In this document: in pieces, positions 25,424 through 38,562 of the stretch
How positions within the stretch are numbered: position 1 is the stretch's first letter
Layout of the letters: every line of letters begins with the position of its first letter
Origin: Lama guanicoe
Taxonomy: Eukaryota
Assembly: GCA_013239625.1 (NCBI GenBank)
Contig: MU053911.1
Location: 610,132 to 674,131 of the forward strand
DNA: 64,000 nucleotides
Reading direction: 5' to 3'
Notes under the pieces: model-generated
Database searches by the model: none
What the model was told of the DNA's origin: nothing
What the model saw: the letters and a program-made list of their open reading frames with translations, nothing else
Position numbers and translations under genes: made by a program

Positions 25424-26324
25424 TGGTTCTTAACCAGCAAGCGTTTATCAGGCCGTGTGCCACCGCCCAGTGAATTGATGACTTTCCTTGAGAAGCCCTG
25501 ACTGTCTCCAGACACAAGTCAGCCTGAAAGGACAGAGGTGCTCACAGCGGAGTTAGATCTGTGCACTGTTTCACGCCCTCTATTTGCATCCAACCTCTGT
25601 TTTGGTGCACACGGCAGCCAGAGACCGAGGCCCCTTGGCATCCTGCACTTAAGAGACCTGGGCCCTGGCTTCGAGCCCCACAGCCAACTGGCTGTGTGCT
25701 GGTCCCCAGCCAGATGGCATCCTGAGTTTGGTTACGCATCACAGGAGAGTTGGGGAGGAGGTCTGCCTGGTACCTGCAGGGTCTCCCCCTGGGAAGAGCT
25801 GCTCCAAGTATGTGCTCTACTGAAGAAGGTTTGGGAAGGTCATTTTCAAATGACAGGTCAATATCATACATTTATACGCATTTACTGCCCTGATCGTCAT
25901 CCAATAATCTGAGGTCGGAATGTACCACCACCCTGGCAGAGAAGAGCACGCTACAGAGGCAGCGGGTGTCACGCAGACAACCACAAAGGTGAGAGTCCCA
26001 TTCACGTGGGCTCTGAAAGCCCGTCCCAGGTGCCTCCGGGCACCAGACAGTGGTTTTCCCTCTCAGCTGGTTGAGAGCTCCTGCTTCATTCATGCTGCGG
26101 CTGCTTAAAATATCAACCTTGGAAATGAACAGCACACTATTTTAAATTACCTCAGGATAAAATTCCGAGTTTTATGCACCAATTGGAAGTTTTCATTGAA
26201 GTATGTTGCTGTCACTTTTTCTCCTCAAGCTGGCCAGTTTCCTATGAAATCGTTTACTCATGCACTCAAGGTTCAGCGCTCTTACAGAGCTGGGCACTGT
26301 CTGGGTGCTGATCACCCAGAGGAC

Positions 26325-26410
26325 TGCTTCTCAGACTGCCCTGGGGCTGCTGTTGGAACAGATTCTGATTCAGAAAATCAGGGGTGGCCCCGGATCCTGC
26401 ACTTCTAAGA
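26325..26410. mobile_element. MER5-like fragment
   Basis: 'cagattctgattcag...ggggtggccccggatcctgcacttctaa'. Confidence 0.6.
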
Positions 26411-28164
26411 CCTCCCCACCTGCGTCAGGAACGGAAGGGCAGGTGGCTCCACAGAGACCCATTCCAGATAGTGTCCTTAAGAGAGCGGGCCAAACTCCCT
26501 ACAAGAGTTTGTCCAACTGAAGTTTGGATTCCCTACAGATATTTAGCCAATTTAATGTCATTATTGGAAAGAAGAGTGGCCTTAATGAGTGAAAAAGTCT
26601 GAAAGGAGCCCCATCTTTAGGCTTCAGAGAATCATTGTCTGTTAACAAAGTGCAGCCAGAAAAGCCTCCTTGTCTTGCACGAAATGAAACCATGAAATCT
26701 GCTTTCTTCTGTTCATGCAATTGTGTTTATTCAACTTCAGTTGCCAGCTGACTGCAATCTGAATGGTGCTTGAATCACTGAATCTGTGTCTGCTTTCTAA
26801 AACCTGCATACGGTTGTTAAAGGTTTGTTTGTTTGTTTGTTTGTTTGTTTCCTATTGGCATATTTGAAAAAAACTATTGCGTTTCCTGAACCGCTCTTGG
26901 AAAGCACAGACCCACCTACCAGAAGTTTCATGGGAAGGATTTTCCATCTGGAAGCTGAGTTGGTCCAGCCAAACCCCAGAGAAGATAGCATGGGATGGTC
27001 TGACACATTGCTAATTCCTCATCAAGATTTTCTAGGCCTGGAGACAAATTTGTTGGTGATTTACCGTCCTAAGATGAACGCTGAGTACAGCCTAGTTATT
27101 TCCAGTGTTGGGGGAGTTGCAAAACCGCCCAGCTAATCAAGCTACAGCCCTGTGTCATACAGGCCAATTTCATTTTAGTTGGATAAATGATGCCTTTTTT
27201 TGCACCAAACACAGTGTACTAGCTCACTGAAGCTGTGGTTGTCACAGCTCTCATGGGGCAATGTAAAAATCCAAGCAGACCCTAGCTAATCTGTCTCTGA
27301 CACTAAAAGCAGAATGATGTCTCCAAGTTTAGATTTTCTCTAGTGTACAACGTTGTACCTTTACATAGAGACTATAGAATGTTGCCCGGTGTTTTTTTAG
27401 ACAATTCTCTACCCTGTGACATAGACAAGCACGTTGAATACTCTCAGATTTCCAGTTTTTTCCATACCCTTGTTTCGAATGCTCTGTCTAAAATTAGACA
27501 GCAGCCCCACATTTGGGACAGTGTTGGTAACTAGGAACCCTAAAGATGATGACTAAATTACAAGTGATGCTTCCTCGTCCTTAAATTCCGCCCCGGAGCG
27601 TCCAGCCTTGGTGGGAAGCACGCCTCCTGCAGACCTTTTCCCATCCATCAGCGAGCACCCCCTCAGCCGCCGCTGCCTCTGAAGCTGTAGGACAAAGGCC
27701 CGTCCGCCCAGGCGTCCGGCTTTCACGAGCACAGTATGAAGCCAGGCTTGCCACCCCCTAGCAAATTTTATCAACATTGCCTACTGGTTGAGAGCAATTT
27801 TAAAATATGCTAAAAATGATAAGCCTACATTTTCCTGTATTCGTTCTTATGAGGGAAACATAGCTGAATATTCTTATCCAGTCTCTTCAATTTTACTGTG
27901 AGAATTCCCTGGTGCTGGGGCTTCATTCAAAGCCAAGAGTATCGCTTTACAGTTTCTCATTGTCCTCAAGGGAAGTTTCTGGAAAAGTTACAGAAATAAG
28001 CTACGAATGGAAACCTGGCCTTCTGCCAAACTACATCTCTGTCTCTCCTGCTCTAACAATGTTTCTTTTCCTCTTCAGCACTTAATGTGTTCTGCAGCAT
28101 AGAGAACATTTCTCCAGGACTAATTTTAGAAATACGAGATACGGCAGTTACATCCCAAGCAACA

Positions 28165-28405
28165 TTAATAACTGATACTTATGTGGCGCAGTGCGTGCCA
28201 GACATCTGTGCGAATGCACTCCGCTTGTGAAGTGGGAGTGATCTGAAAGTGCCTTCCAGGGGCTAACTCGTTTAACCCTCACGATAACCGCGAGGCGGAC
28301 CCTGTTGGGGCCCCCACTTTGCAGATGCGCAAGTGACAGCACAAGGCGTGAGAGGGAAAGGCTGGCCGGGGTCGCGCAGCACGTCGGGAGCGCGCACAGA
28401 ACCGG
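28165..28405 (-). mobile_element. MIR, strongly GC-shifted at its right end
   Basis: 'ataactgatacttatgtggcgc..gtgccagaca', 'tttaaccctcacgataacc', 'cccactttgcagatg', 'ggtcgcgcagc'. Confidence 0.65.
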
Positions 28406-29463
28406 CGCGGGCGGCGGTCGCGCGCCCAGGGCGGGGGCCGTGTGCCGGGGACCGCGCACCCGAGGCCAGGCCGCCCCCAGCCCCACCACTGCTGTCCCTG
28501 GCAGGTTCCCTCTGTCCGCAGTGAACTTAAGTAAATCAGAAAGAAACAATGGGAAGCAAAGGGGGTGGATCTGTTTTACTTTTGAATTGACACACTTTAC
28601 ATCATCTGGGGCTCACACGATACATTTTTAAGCAATTATGTGCAACTTTTCTTTCGAAGATGGAGAAGTTTTGTTTTTTTTTTTTAATATTTTTGATTTC
28701 ACTCAATAGACCAAATTAGCACATACCACAAAATGCTTTTAGAAATAAAAATAGGTGACATTTATTTGGATAGCTTTCATTTTCTAATCACAATGCTTTT
28801 CTTTAAAGGGTTGGGTTTTATGGGTTGAAATAAATTTTTAAGGAATAAAAAATAAAGAAATGAAATAAAATAATGTAGAGAAAAAGAAGAGGTAAAAAAA
28901 TCGAAAGTAAATTATTTTTCAAATTCTGATACACATGAATGTATGTATGACATTGGAAATGCCTGTGTGATGCTTACTGTGGTTCACTTACTCATAAAAT
29001 TGAGATTGGAAGCAGAAATTCTCATGAGACCACGGGAACTTCAAGGAAGATAGGAAACACAAAAACAGGAATATAGCCCCAACATGCTTTTCCCTCATGA
29101 GTTCAGCTTAGCTGAGCAGAAGAGTCACAGCCAAGAATTCCTGGGTAGGTCTCCCAGCCCCGATGCTGATTTGTTCTGTGACCTTGGCAATCTGCCAGGC
29201 TGCTGTGATTTCATTTCCTCCTCTGCAAAATTAGCAGAACACTTACCTATATCCCAGATGCTAGAAGACTTAATTAATGTCAACGTTTGTGTAAAAATGA
29301 AATGCTGTTTACCTAGTAAATGCCAAGTAATCCAGATTTTTTACTCCTGCTCTTGGCAGACACCGTAGAATAGGGAAGAAAAAACACTAACTTACCAAAA
29401 TAGTTGGGGTAATAGCAAGGATTCTCGAATCCTTCTTTGCAGTTTATTAAAACTTGGCAATCT

Positions 29464-29643
29464 ATTAACGGACACACACTACTGTATATAAAAGAGCTAA
29501 ACAACAAGGGCCTACTGTACAGCACAGGGAACTGTATTCAGTTTCTTGTAGTACACTGTAAGTATGTATAAATGAATCATTTTGCTGTACACCTGAAAAT
29601 AACATTATAAATCAACTACATTTCAATAAAAAGAAAATAAAAA
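29464..29643 (+). mobile_element. Short L1 3' end (older subtype)
   Basis: 'cacactactgtatataaaa...ctactgtacagcacagggaactgtattca...gctgtacacctgaaa...caataaaaa'. Confidence 0.85.
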
Positions 29644-30049
29644 GCTGGGCAATCTGCTCTAGCAATGGTAATTGTCAGAACTCACTTATTAACCCCTCAC
29701 ATAGCAATGATTTTCTGCATAGAGATCACCAAATTTTGCATAAACTGCACTAGTTAAAAGTTTACAGTTGAAAATGTCAATTATGCCTCACTAAAGCTAA
29801 AAAATGTACAACCGTATGCTCACACCGGTCTCCTTACACAATGTGTGGATGAGGGCAAAGTCTTGGCTTCTGCCCTGCCGCCCTCACTTCTGAGGCCAGA
29901 GACTGGACGTCTACGCCATCAACCGGGCACCCTGGAAATGTGTGCAGCGAATCATGTGCAGACTGAAACCAACACATCAGCTGACTGCATCCACATTTCT
30001 GAGAAGCAGCTTAGTGTTTCTGTCTTACTTTTTGCTTTACCCTCTTGTG

Positions 30050-30800
30050 CGCTCAATCACTTGTTCATTTACATATTTAAATAAGCCTTTATTGATTGTC
30101 TGCTATGTGTGAGATGTGGTACTAAGGAAGCCCTAGGAGTGTGTTGGTGAGCAAGACAGAAACAGTCCTTGGTGCATGAAACATGCTCTGAAACGGAGCA
30201 CAGACACAAAGCAAGTGTTGGTAATCAAATGTTAAGTCATGTGATGGGGAAGTTCAGGGAGACCGTCATTTTATAGGACTCAGGGAGTCTCTCAGCAAGG
30301 ATGTGACACTTCAGTGCAATCTGGTATCGGAGGAGAGTGTGGTGCAGACAGAGATGAGCAGGCACAGCGAACTGTGAAAATGAAAGAAAATGGCTCTCAA
30401 GCCGAAGCAGCCTGAGCAGGGAGAAGCACTTTATCCTAAGAGTTTGGGCAGTTATTGGGAGATTTTAGGCAAGAATGTGAAATGACTAGATTCACATGTT
30501 TTGGTTTTTTTTTTAAATTACTCTGATTGTACTTGGGAGACTGGATGGGGTCACTGGGGCAGAGATTAGCTAGAAGGTCATCTCACCATAGTTAAAGGCA
30601 GTCCAGAGGAGGAAGTGGCAGCGAGTGAGGAGAGACAGTGACTTGGCAGATGTTTGGAAAATAGAACCAGCAGAACATGGAGCTTTATTGGGTACGTTTG
30701 AGGGTAAGTGACAGAAAGGGCCGATGAGGGAGCAGAGGCTCCAAGAGTCCCTCTCAGGTCTGGAGCCTCCACGGGGTGTGGAGGAAACCTCCACCGAGCT
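30050..30800 (-). mobile_element. L2 3' region
   Basis: 'cattt...ttattgattgtctgctatgtg', 'gtgagcaagacaga', 'tttatcctaagag', 'gcagtccagagg'. Confidence 0.7.
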
Positions 30801-31259
30801 GGGAAATCCAGAGGGCTGAGCAGCTCCAGAGGAAGGAGCCGAGCTTCGGACCCAGTGCATTTGCGACGCCAGAAAGACACCTGAGAAGCCCTTGGAGAGA
30901 GGAATGAGGCGCGGCGCAGGAGTGCATGCTGGCCAGGGGCTGGCTTCGGCGTCCTCACAGAGACTGGCAGTGAAGCCGGGAGGAAAGGGGACAGCACACA
31001 GGCAACGGGCATGGAGGGAGGCGGACATAAGGCCCAGGAAAGACACTGGGAAACGTCTCTATTTAATGAAAGAGGGAGGGGCTGCAGGGGAGATCGAGAA
31101 GGAAAAGAAAGAGGAAGAAGAGGGAAGGCAGGGAGTCACGGTGAGAAGTGAGAGAGACGGGCTCTGGGAAAGGACCCTGGAATCGTTTCTGTGGCCACAC
31201 AGTTGTCAGTTCTGTCAACATCCTTCAACCCAACGGACCTTTCCAGAAGTTTGCTTCCT

Positions 31260-31560
31260 ATATCAGCACATGCACACAAAGTGACAAAGGCCAGTGACGT
31301 TCTTCACATTAATGTCTGTAATAGTGTGAGACTGAAAACAACCCAAATGATGCACAATAGGGAGCTGGTTGGATAAATTACATCACAATCAGAATGGAAT
31401 ACACTGCAGCTGTTAAAAACATTTATTTCACATTCCCCCAGTGGTGTTGTTCAATGAAAAAGCATGCTCTGAAGCTTCACGTACAGTAGGTTTCCATACT
31501 TACCTGGTGTGTTATGTGCATAAAGTAAACACATATATGATAACATACATGGAAAGAAAT
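31260..31560 (+). mobile_element. Old L1ME-like 3' fragment
   Basis: 'gactgaaaacaacccaaatg...ggataaattaca...aatggaatacactgcagctgttaaaaa'. Confidence 0.6.
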
Positions 31561-31699
31561 GAGAAAATGGTCTTTCCAGAAAGTGACTATAAAAGTCAAG
31601 TGAGAGATTTGGGTTGTCACTGTTGGATGATATGAAATCAAGGGTGGCTTGGCTGAGATTCGAGAACAGTGTGTTCAGATGCTGACATAGAGACGGACC

Positions 31700-32150
31700 A
31701 CCTAGGAGAGGATGACTTCCGGTGAACAAGGGAGTCCAAATGTATCAGGATGTTAAACAAACAAACTGACTGCAAGACTCTTTATCAACTATGAGGACAC
31801 AGAGAAATAAGTAAAATTACATAACCTGGTAGAAAGAAATAACAAGTTAAAAATAATGAAATAAACTGAATTGTCATCAGCAACACTACAGGTTTAAAAT
31901 AAAGGAGAAATGCCTTCAGGGTCCTGATGGCAAAAATTTTGAAACTAAAATTCTGTATCCCATGAAACTATCATGTATGAAAGAGAAAATAAAGATATTT
32001 TTGTAAGTACTAGGACTTAGAAAGCTTATTTTTACACACTGTTTCTGAAAAAAAAACCTGTATTATAATATTCTCTAGAAAAATGAGGAAAAAGAAGACA
32101 GAGTATTCAAGAAACAGATTTAATGCAAGATTGCAAAGAAAACTAATTTC
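31700..32150 (+). mobile_element. Old L1/HAL1 ORF1-like fragment
   Basis: 'tcatcagcaacactaca...aatgccttcagggtcctga...aaaattctgtatccca..aaactatca'. Confidence 0.6.
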
Positions 32151-32649
32151 AGGTTGGCAGTTAACCCAAACTCAAATAGAATGTCTTCAAGAAGAATTAC
32201 CTTAGTAAACACTGTAATTAAAAATGTGAATGATTTTAGTGGTATGGTAAAGTCATAGACTTTACTCATCACTGAGAAAAAAGAAAGGCAGTTGGAAACC
32301 TCAGGGAAAACAAAAATCTGTCTAAGAAATCATGACCCAAATACAACGTGGCACCAAGAAATACTATCTAAATTCAAAAGGCCAGGAAAAACAAGCTTAA
32401 AAGCAATATTTGAAATAGCAAAAGTTATTACTAATAGATACATTAAAATATAGCATTAAAATTGGGTGGAAGAGTGAACAAAAGAAAAATGTTGGAAAGA
32501 AATATACCGACAGTAAATTAAAATTCTTAATCTGCTTTCTTCTTAATAGCAGAAAATAGACCTCTACTTTTTTTTGTTATATAGGCAATAAACCAACATG
32601 AAATTTCATCCCTACACAAACTCAACAGCAGAGCTCTCTTTTTACCTTA

Positions 32650-32830
32650 TAGTGTATAGTGAAAGCAGCACATGTTTGGAATAAAACAGACTAGGGTTTA
32701 ATTCCTGGATCTGTTACTTATAAGCTGTGTGTCCATGGGCAATTATTTAAGCTCTCTGAAATTTAGCTAAAGTAAATTGCAGAGTTCAGCATAATGTTTT
32801 CTACACAGTAGTATCTCAATGAATATTAGT
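32650..32830 (+). mobile_element. MIR
   Basis: 'cagactagggtttaattcctggatctgttacttataagctgtgtgtccatgggcaa...ctctctga'. Confidence 0.75.
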
Positions 32831-32849
32831 ATTGCTATTATTATTTTTA

Positions 32850-33165
32850 TTATTTCTTTCCTTCTGCTGACTTTAGGTTCTATTTGTTCTTCTTTTTTGA
32901 ATTCTTTTAGGTGGTAGGTTGGGTTGTTTATTTGAGATGGTTCTTGGTTTTTGAGGAAGGCCTGTGCTGCTATGAACTTCCCTCTTAGGACTGCTTTAGC
33001 TGCATCCCATAGATTTCATGTGGTTGTGTTTTCATTGTCATTTGTCTCAATGAAATTTTTTAATTTCTTCTTTGATTTCATTGTCAACCCATTGTTTTTT
33101 AGTAGCATGTTATTTAATCTCCATGCCGTCATTTTTTTTCTTGTTTGTTTTTCTGTGGTTGATTT
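32850..33165 (-). mobile_element. L1 ORF2 internal fragment
   Basis: 'gctatgaacttccctcttaggactgctttagctgcatcccatagattt' is a typical antisense ORF2 segment. Confidence 0.85.
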
Positions 33166-33366
33166 TTTTTTACATTTTTTATTGATTCATAATCATTTTA
33201 CAGTGTTGTGTCAAATTCCAGTGTTCAGCACAATTTTTCAGTCATTCATGGACATATACACACTCATTGTCACATTTTTTTCTCTGTGATTTATCATAAC
33301 ATTTTGTGTATATTTCCCTGTGCTATACAGTGTAATCTTGTTTATCTATTCTACAATTTTGAAATT
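33166..33366 (-). mobile_element. Short young L1 3' end
   Basis: Homologous to 42070-42275. Confidence 0.85.
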
Positions 33367-35788
33367 TAACATCTTCTCAAAACAAGAACTCAGTATGTGG
33401 TGTGGTTGATGACTACTTATTACCAGGCGGGTGGCTTTATGAAAGATGAAAAACAGGAAATTCTGCTGTTTTACATTAATGTTGAATTAATTGCCTGGAT
33501 AAAAGGAATAAGTGGTTTACTTTTGCGAAGGGTGAAGGGAGAACGATGGTTCCCAGCCTGTGATATCCTGACCTCTGGAGAGCCCCCAGAGTAGTAATTA
33601 TTATCACAGACCTAAATGAAATGTTTCACAGCTTTTTAAAGACACTTTACTGAAAGTTAAATACTATACCAAATTTCTTTCCTTTTTTTTTTTTTGGAAT
33701 AGTATTAACTCACTTGTGAGATCATTGGTTACCTTTTGCTTATCCTTCCTAATTGCTGGTCAGTTTTCTATGCTTTGATTGATTAAAATTGGAAATGATA
33801 CTTAATAAATGAAGTTCCTTTGGTGAAACATGGTGCCCACATAAGGAGAATGACTGAAGTGGCCCCTTGGGATTATTTCTTTCCCACATCTCTGGTTGTT
33901 GAGGGGGATTCCTGGGTACCCTGGCCTCTCTCCACCCTCAGGTCTCCCCTGGAAATGGTGGGCAACCAGAGCACCGGGCTCGGGCAGGGGTAGGGGGGAG
34001 TGGATGCTCATCTGCTCCCCTGTGTGGAGCCTGTGAGGAGCTGGCAGCTGGCTGTACTCCTGGTGCTGGAAGTGGTAAAAGGGGAGGCTCTGGCCATCAG
34101 TGCAGCCTCTCGCAGATGGGCAGCTTCAGTCCGGTGTGCAGGGAGTGGGAAGTCCATTGTCGCAACACAAAGTCGTGCCTTAATCTCAGCTTTCTTCAGT
34201 CGGAGACTTAAACTCCATCCACCCAACTTTGCTGCCTTTTTCTCTTTCCCTTGCTCTTCCCTCACCCCCGCCCCAGCTCTCCAAATTTTTAATTAAGGGC
34301 AGAGAAAGAGGTCTTAGTTGCTGAGACTCCTAAAATCTCAGACGAGTAGTAGGTGGGAACAGCTTCAAGCCTTACATGTCATTGAAGCACCTTGATAAAC
34401 AATTACACACTAAGGAAGGAGAACAACAGAAATGGGATGAATATTGAACATGTAAGTAGCTGACTGTCCTGCAAGACATAATCAACACAGTTTGGAAACT
34501 GTGATAAAATTCTGTCAAGAGATAAATGGACATGTTGGATTTTTGGCAACTTGTCGATCTCCAAAAAGTGATGGACTCAGCGACAAGCCTCCAAACACCC
34601 ATCCTCACCTTTCTGCCTGAGTTGGGAACTTTGGTGCTTAAGGGGCTCTCTCCATATGTTTCAGATTATTATGAATTTAACACCAGATTTGTAGCTGCTG
34701 TTTTATGCTTCTTGCAAAACTTTTCCATTTTGACCTCTGGAACAAAGATTGAGATAAAAACAAATTAAAAATGAGCATAAAAGAATGCACAGTCAGGTTC
34801 AAGCTACAATAGCATCTGAGGCCACAATACACACTAAAGTTTTGTGTTAAAGTTGATCTTACTATTAGCCAAAATTTAATTTTTCTGTTTCATAAAGTTA
34901 AATAAATTGATAAAACATAACTTTTCCTAGATATCTTCCTATAAAGTCTAAGTATTCTAACAGGTTCTGAACTAAAAATGCTTTTACTAAATTATTGTAA
35001 AGAATGGATGGTTCTATTTGGAGTGTTACACATTGATTTTATTCTGTAAAAAAAATCTTTTTTTAAAAGAGGTTTGAGATATTAACCAAATCAGACTGGA
35101 AACAGAAAGCACATTTGAAAACTACAGGAGCTCAAGGAAAAGAAGGACACTTGCGGGCCGGCTGGTGCGTTCCCTCGATGCAATGGCTTTAGGCTCTGTT
35201 ACTCACTTTCTCTACTAAAGGCACCATCGATTATAATTTTTTAGCTTTTATATATAATATGCAGTTAGGACCTAGATATCTTCATTATTTTTTATTATGA
35301 ATGGACTAAGCCAACGACCACAAAAAAGTATGTCGGGGTTGCTGACCTTGAGGCGCCACCACGAAAGCCTTTCACTTTAGCGAAGTCTGTGAACTACCAG
35401 TGGAGTATGGGCCGAGACTTTCACACAGCTAGGAGCTCAGCTTCTCATAACAGCTATAAAACTATAAAGAATTTGTTTTCAATTTTAATTGGTACTTACC
35501 ATGCAAACTTTTTTTAAAAAAATGTTAATTTTGATTACATATTTCATTATGTTGGAGGGTACTAGTTCAAGGTTGAAGTTAAATGGCAGTCACAGTGTCT
35601 TCATTACAAGAAGACAGATGAGTTCAAGACGCCAGGGTTATTTCGCCTGCTGCAGAACATGTGGGCGAGCTACAGGTCATGTTTGATGCGTTCATTTGGT
35701 TACTTTATTCTAAGTTCTTGGGTTTGCCTCCTTCCTGATCGTTGGTGCCTGGAAAGACTTGACCAGTGTGGCAACTAGGTCATTCTTT

Positions 35789-35953
35789 TTTTTTTCCCCA
35801 AAGTATTTATTTATTTTATTTTATTTGGGGGCTGGTAATTAGGTTTATTTATTTTATTTATTTATTTTACTGGCGGTACTGGGGATTGAACCCCAGACCT
35901 CGTGCATGCTGAGCACGTGCTTCAACACTGAGCTGCCCCCCCGGCCCCGCCAC
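35789..35953 (-). mobile_element. Vic-1-like SINE
   Basis: 'gtaattaggttt...gtactggggattgaacccc..acctcgtgcatgct'; approximate TSD aggtcattcttt / aggtccctcttt. Confidence 0.9.
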
Positions 35954-37869
35954 AGGTCCCTCTTTACATCAAGGCGACTGCAAATGTGGCTCCCGACATG
36001 CCCAGGTTATTCCTGAGCTGCCAGAACTTAAAATTCAGGTTTTAGAGTCACTCAACTAGACCTTAGTTCTTGTAAAACTCTGCTCATGAACATCATTCAT
36101 TTTCCCCAGAATGTGTATTTGAATTTTAAAAACCTTTTAAAAATCAAAAGGTATAAGTAACTCTCTGTCATTTTAACCCAAGTCAACTAAGCGTCCTCCT
36201 TCCTTTACATTCACAGCAGAGCCTTGTATGCATTCGAAGCATCTGAGGTTGAAAGCGGCCACGTCTGCCTCCAGATAACATCAGAGCAACGTGCGTAGAC
36301 TCAGCAGTGCCAGCAAACTCTTGGTCAAGTACAAACGACAAGTCTTATTTAGACTTCACGGTCAAACTATTCTGTATTCACAATGACATTGGCATTTATG
36401 AGTATTTTTAGATTGAAAACTTTAAAGTTTATTTTAAGATAGCCAACTATGACAGTTTAAAGTCACTGAATTGTTAGCTATTCAACTTCTGCATGAGACA
36501 TAGTAAGGGTGTTTATGATGTAAGACAGATATTTGTATTGTTTTCATAAAAGTCGTCTTCAAATACCTTAACAGCATAGAAGGCCACCAAGTATTTAGAA
36601 TAACATTCCACTGGGATAAGTGAAACAAAACAGTTTAATTGGAATAGAGGCAGGAGATTTCAGATTCAATTCTGGCCACTTTTCTACTGTTTAGAGCTAT
36701 AAATATATTTTTAAATGATAATGGATTAAACTATTGTGAAAGTAGGTTTTCAATCTCTCTCTCTGTTGCCTCACAAGGTGTTGCCAGGCTCTCATTAGTG
36801 ATGGAGCGGACATTCTTCACCTCCCACCTGCACAGGACAAGACCTGGTCCACAAACAGGAGGCTCACGTAGATGCGAAGGTGACATACCAGGAGTTTGCT
36901 GCACGTTCAGAAACCATACTTCCATTTGAATTTTAGGAAGAAATTCAGGCAGTATAGAAACCCTCAGGAAGATACATTAGTCAGTCTTGTAACTCATAAT
37001 GTACATCCATTAAAAGTTTTTCAAAGCATATAAAGTGCAAAACTAAAGTCAACTGAATTATTCACTTCAATTTTTTAAAAGTGGAAAACATGTCACAAGT
37101 GATCTAAAAAAAAAGTTTTATTACAAAAACACAAGCTGGGTATTTGACCCAATTTCACCGAGTAAGGGAAAGATTGAAAGTAAATGAAAATGTGAGGGGA
37201 AAAAATTAAATTCACTAAAATTACTAATAAATCAGTGGTTTGATCCAATTTTTCACTTTCTTAATGGTTGTGTTGGCATCATGTAGACACAGACCATGTA
37301 TAAGTGACAAGTATATGACTGACCTAGTGCTGCAAACTGTTTTTACTGCAAAAGAGAACAGTCATGTAGTTTCAGAGAGCCCCACGTTTCCTGAAAGGCT
37401 GGCTCGGGGTGGACTGCTGAACTGTGCAAACCACCACCCACACACAGGCTCTGATTCATTTCACAAGCTTCAGCTGCGAACAGCAAAGAACAATCACAAA
37501 TGGACCTGACAACAGGAGAAATCTGTTTGCAAAGAAGACACTTTTCACGTACAGTATTGAAGCTTAATCAGTTATGCTGAACAGTGAGCAGCCACATTCC
37601 CACATGCAATCATCTTTGCGGATCTGTTATGATCTTCTGACCCTTTTCCTAGAAAGAACACAAAACCACTTCCTCAGTGGCTGGTCTGCTTTTCCACTTC
37701 CCATAACCCTCACACACAGGACCTGGACACCATCTACTCGCCCCCTCGCCCCACAGGGAGAGGGAGACACGTGGAAAAGGTCGGGACCGTGCACACCCAC
37801 TCCTCTGTGTCCTGTTTCGCACAACCTTGCTCCTCTCCTGGCTTGTCCATCTTTCCCTGGCTGAGGGCA

Positions 37870-38328
37870 TCGTGCACATGAAGTAAGTCAGAGAAAGACA
37901 AATACTACACGACTTCACTTATATGTGGGATCTAAAACACAAAAGACAAATCAAAACCAATCCAAACCCAGATTCACACATGCAGAGAATGCACTGTGGG
38001 TGCCGGAGGGGAGGGAGGTTGGAGGGCGGGGGAAATGGGTGAAGGGGGTCAAGAGGCATGAACTTCCGATTATAAAATAAATTAAGTTGTAGGGATGTGA
38101 CGTACAGCATGGTGACCGTAGTTAATGAAACTGTATTATACATTTGAAAATTGCTATGAAAGTAGATCTTAAAAATTCTCATCACCAGAAAAATAAATTT
38201 TATGACTATGGTGTGAATATTAACCAGACCTATTGTGATCATTTCTCCACATACATAAATTGTGAAACACTCTGTGATCTACCTGAAGGTAATATAATGT
38301 TGTGTGTCAATTATATCTCAATAAAAAA
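37870..38328 (+). mobile_element. L1MA-like 3' end
   Basis: 'gaagtaagtcagagaaagacaaatact...gtagatcttaaaaattctcatcac...tcaattatatctcaataaaaa'. Confidence 0.88.
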
Positions 38329-38562
38329 TGACCACAGCCAGCAGCACAAGGATGCAGAGACTGGCCTACCTGGACCTGGTCTGCAGCCCTCTGGCAGGCT
38401 CCCCGAATCTCTCTCCCCTCCATCCCGTGTTGCTCTGTGTCCTGCAAGGTGAGCCCAGTCCGAGCCCGCCTGCGCCACCTCCACTGAGCTGTCTCCACCG
38501 TGGCTCTAAACAAGGTGACTGTAATTTCCTCTTGTTCCAGTTCCCCTCTCCGGCCCCTTGGA

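Noticed and set aside
33976..33998. Isolated G-quadruplex motifs (also 59351-59371)
   Set aside because: Common at this GC content, with no supporting context
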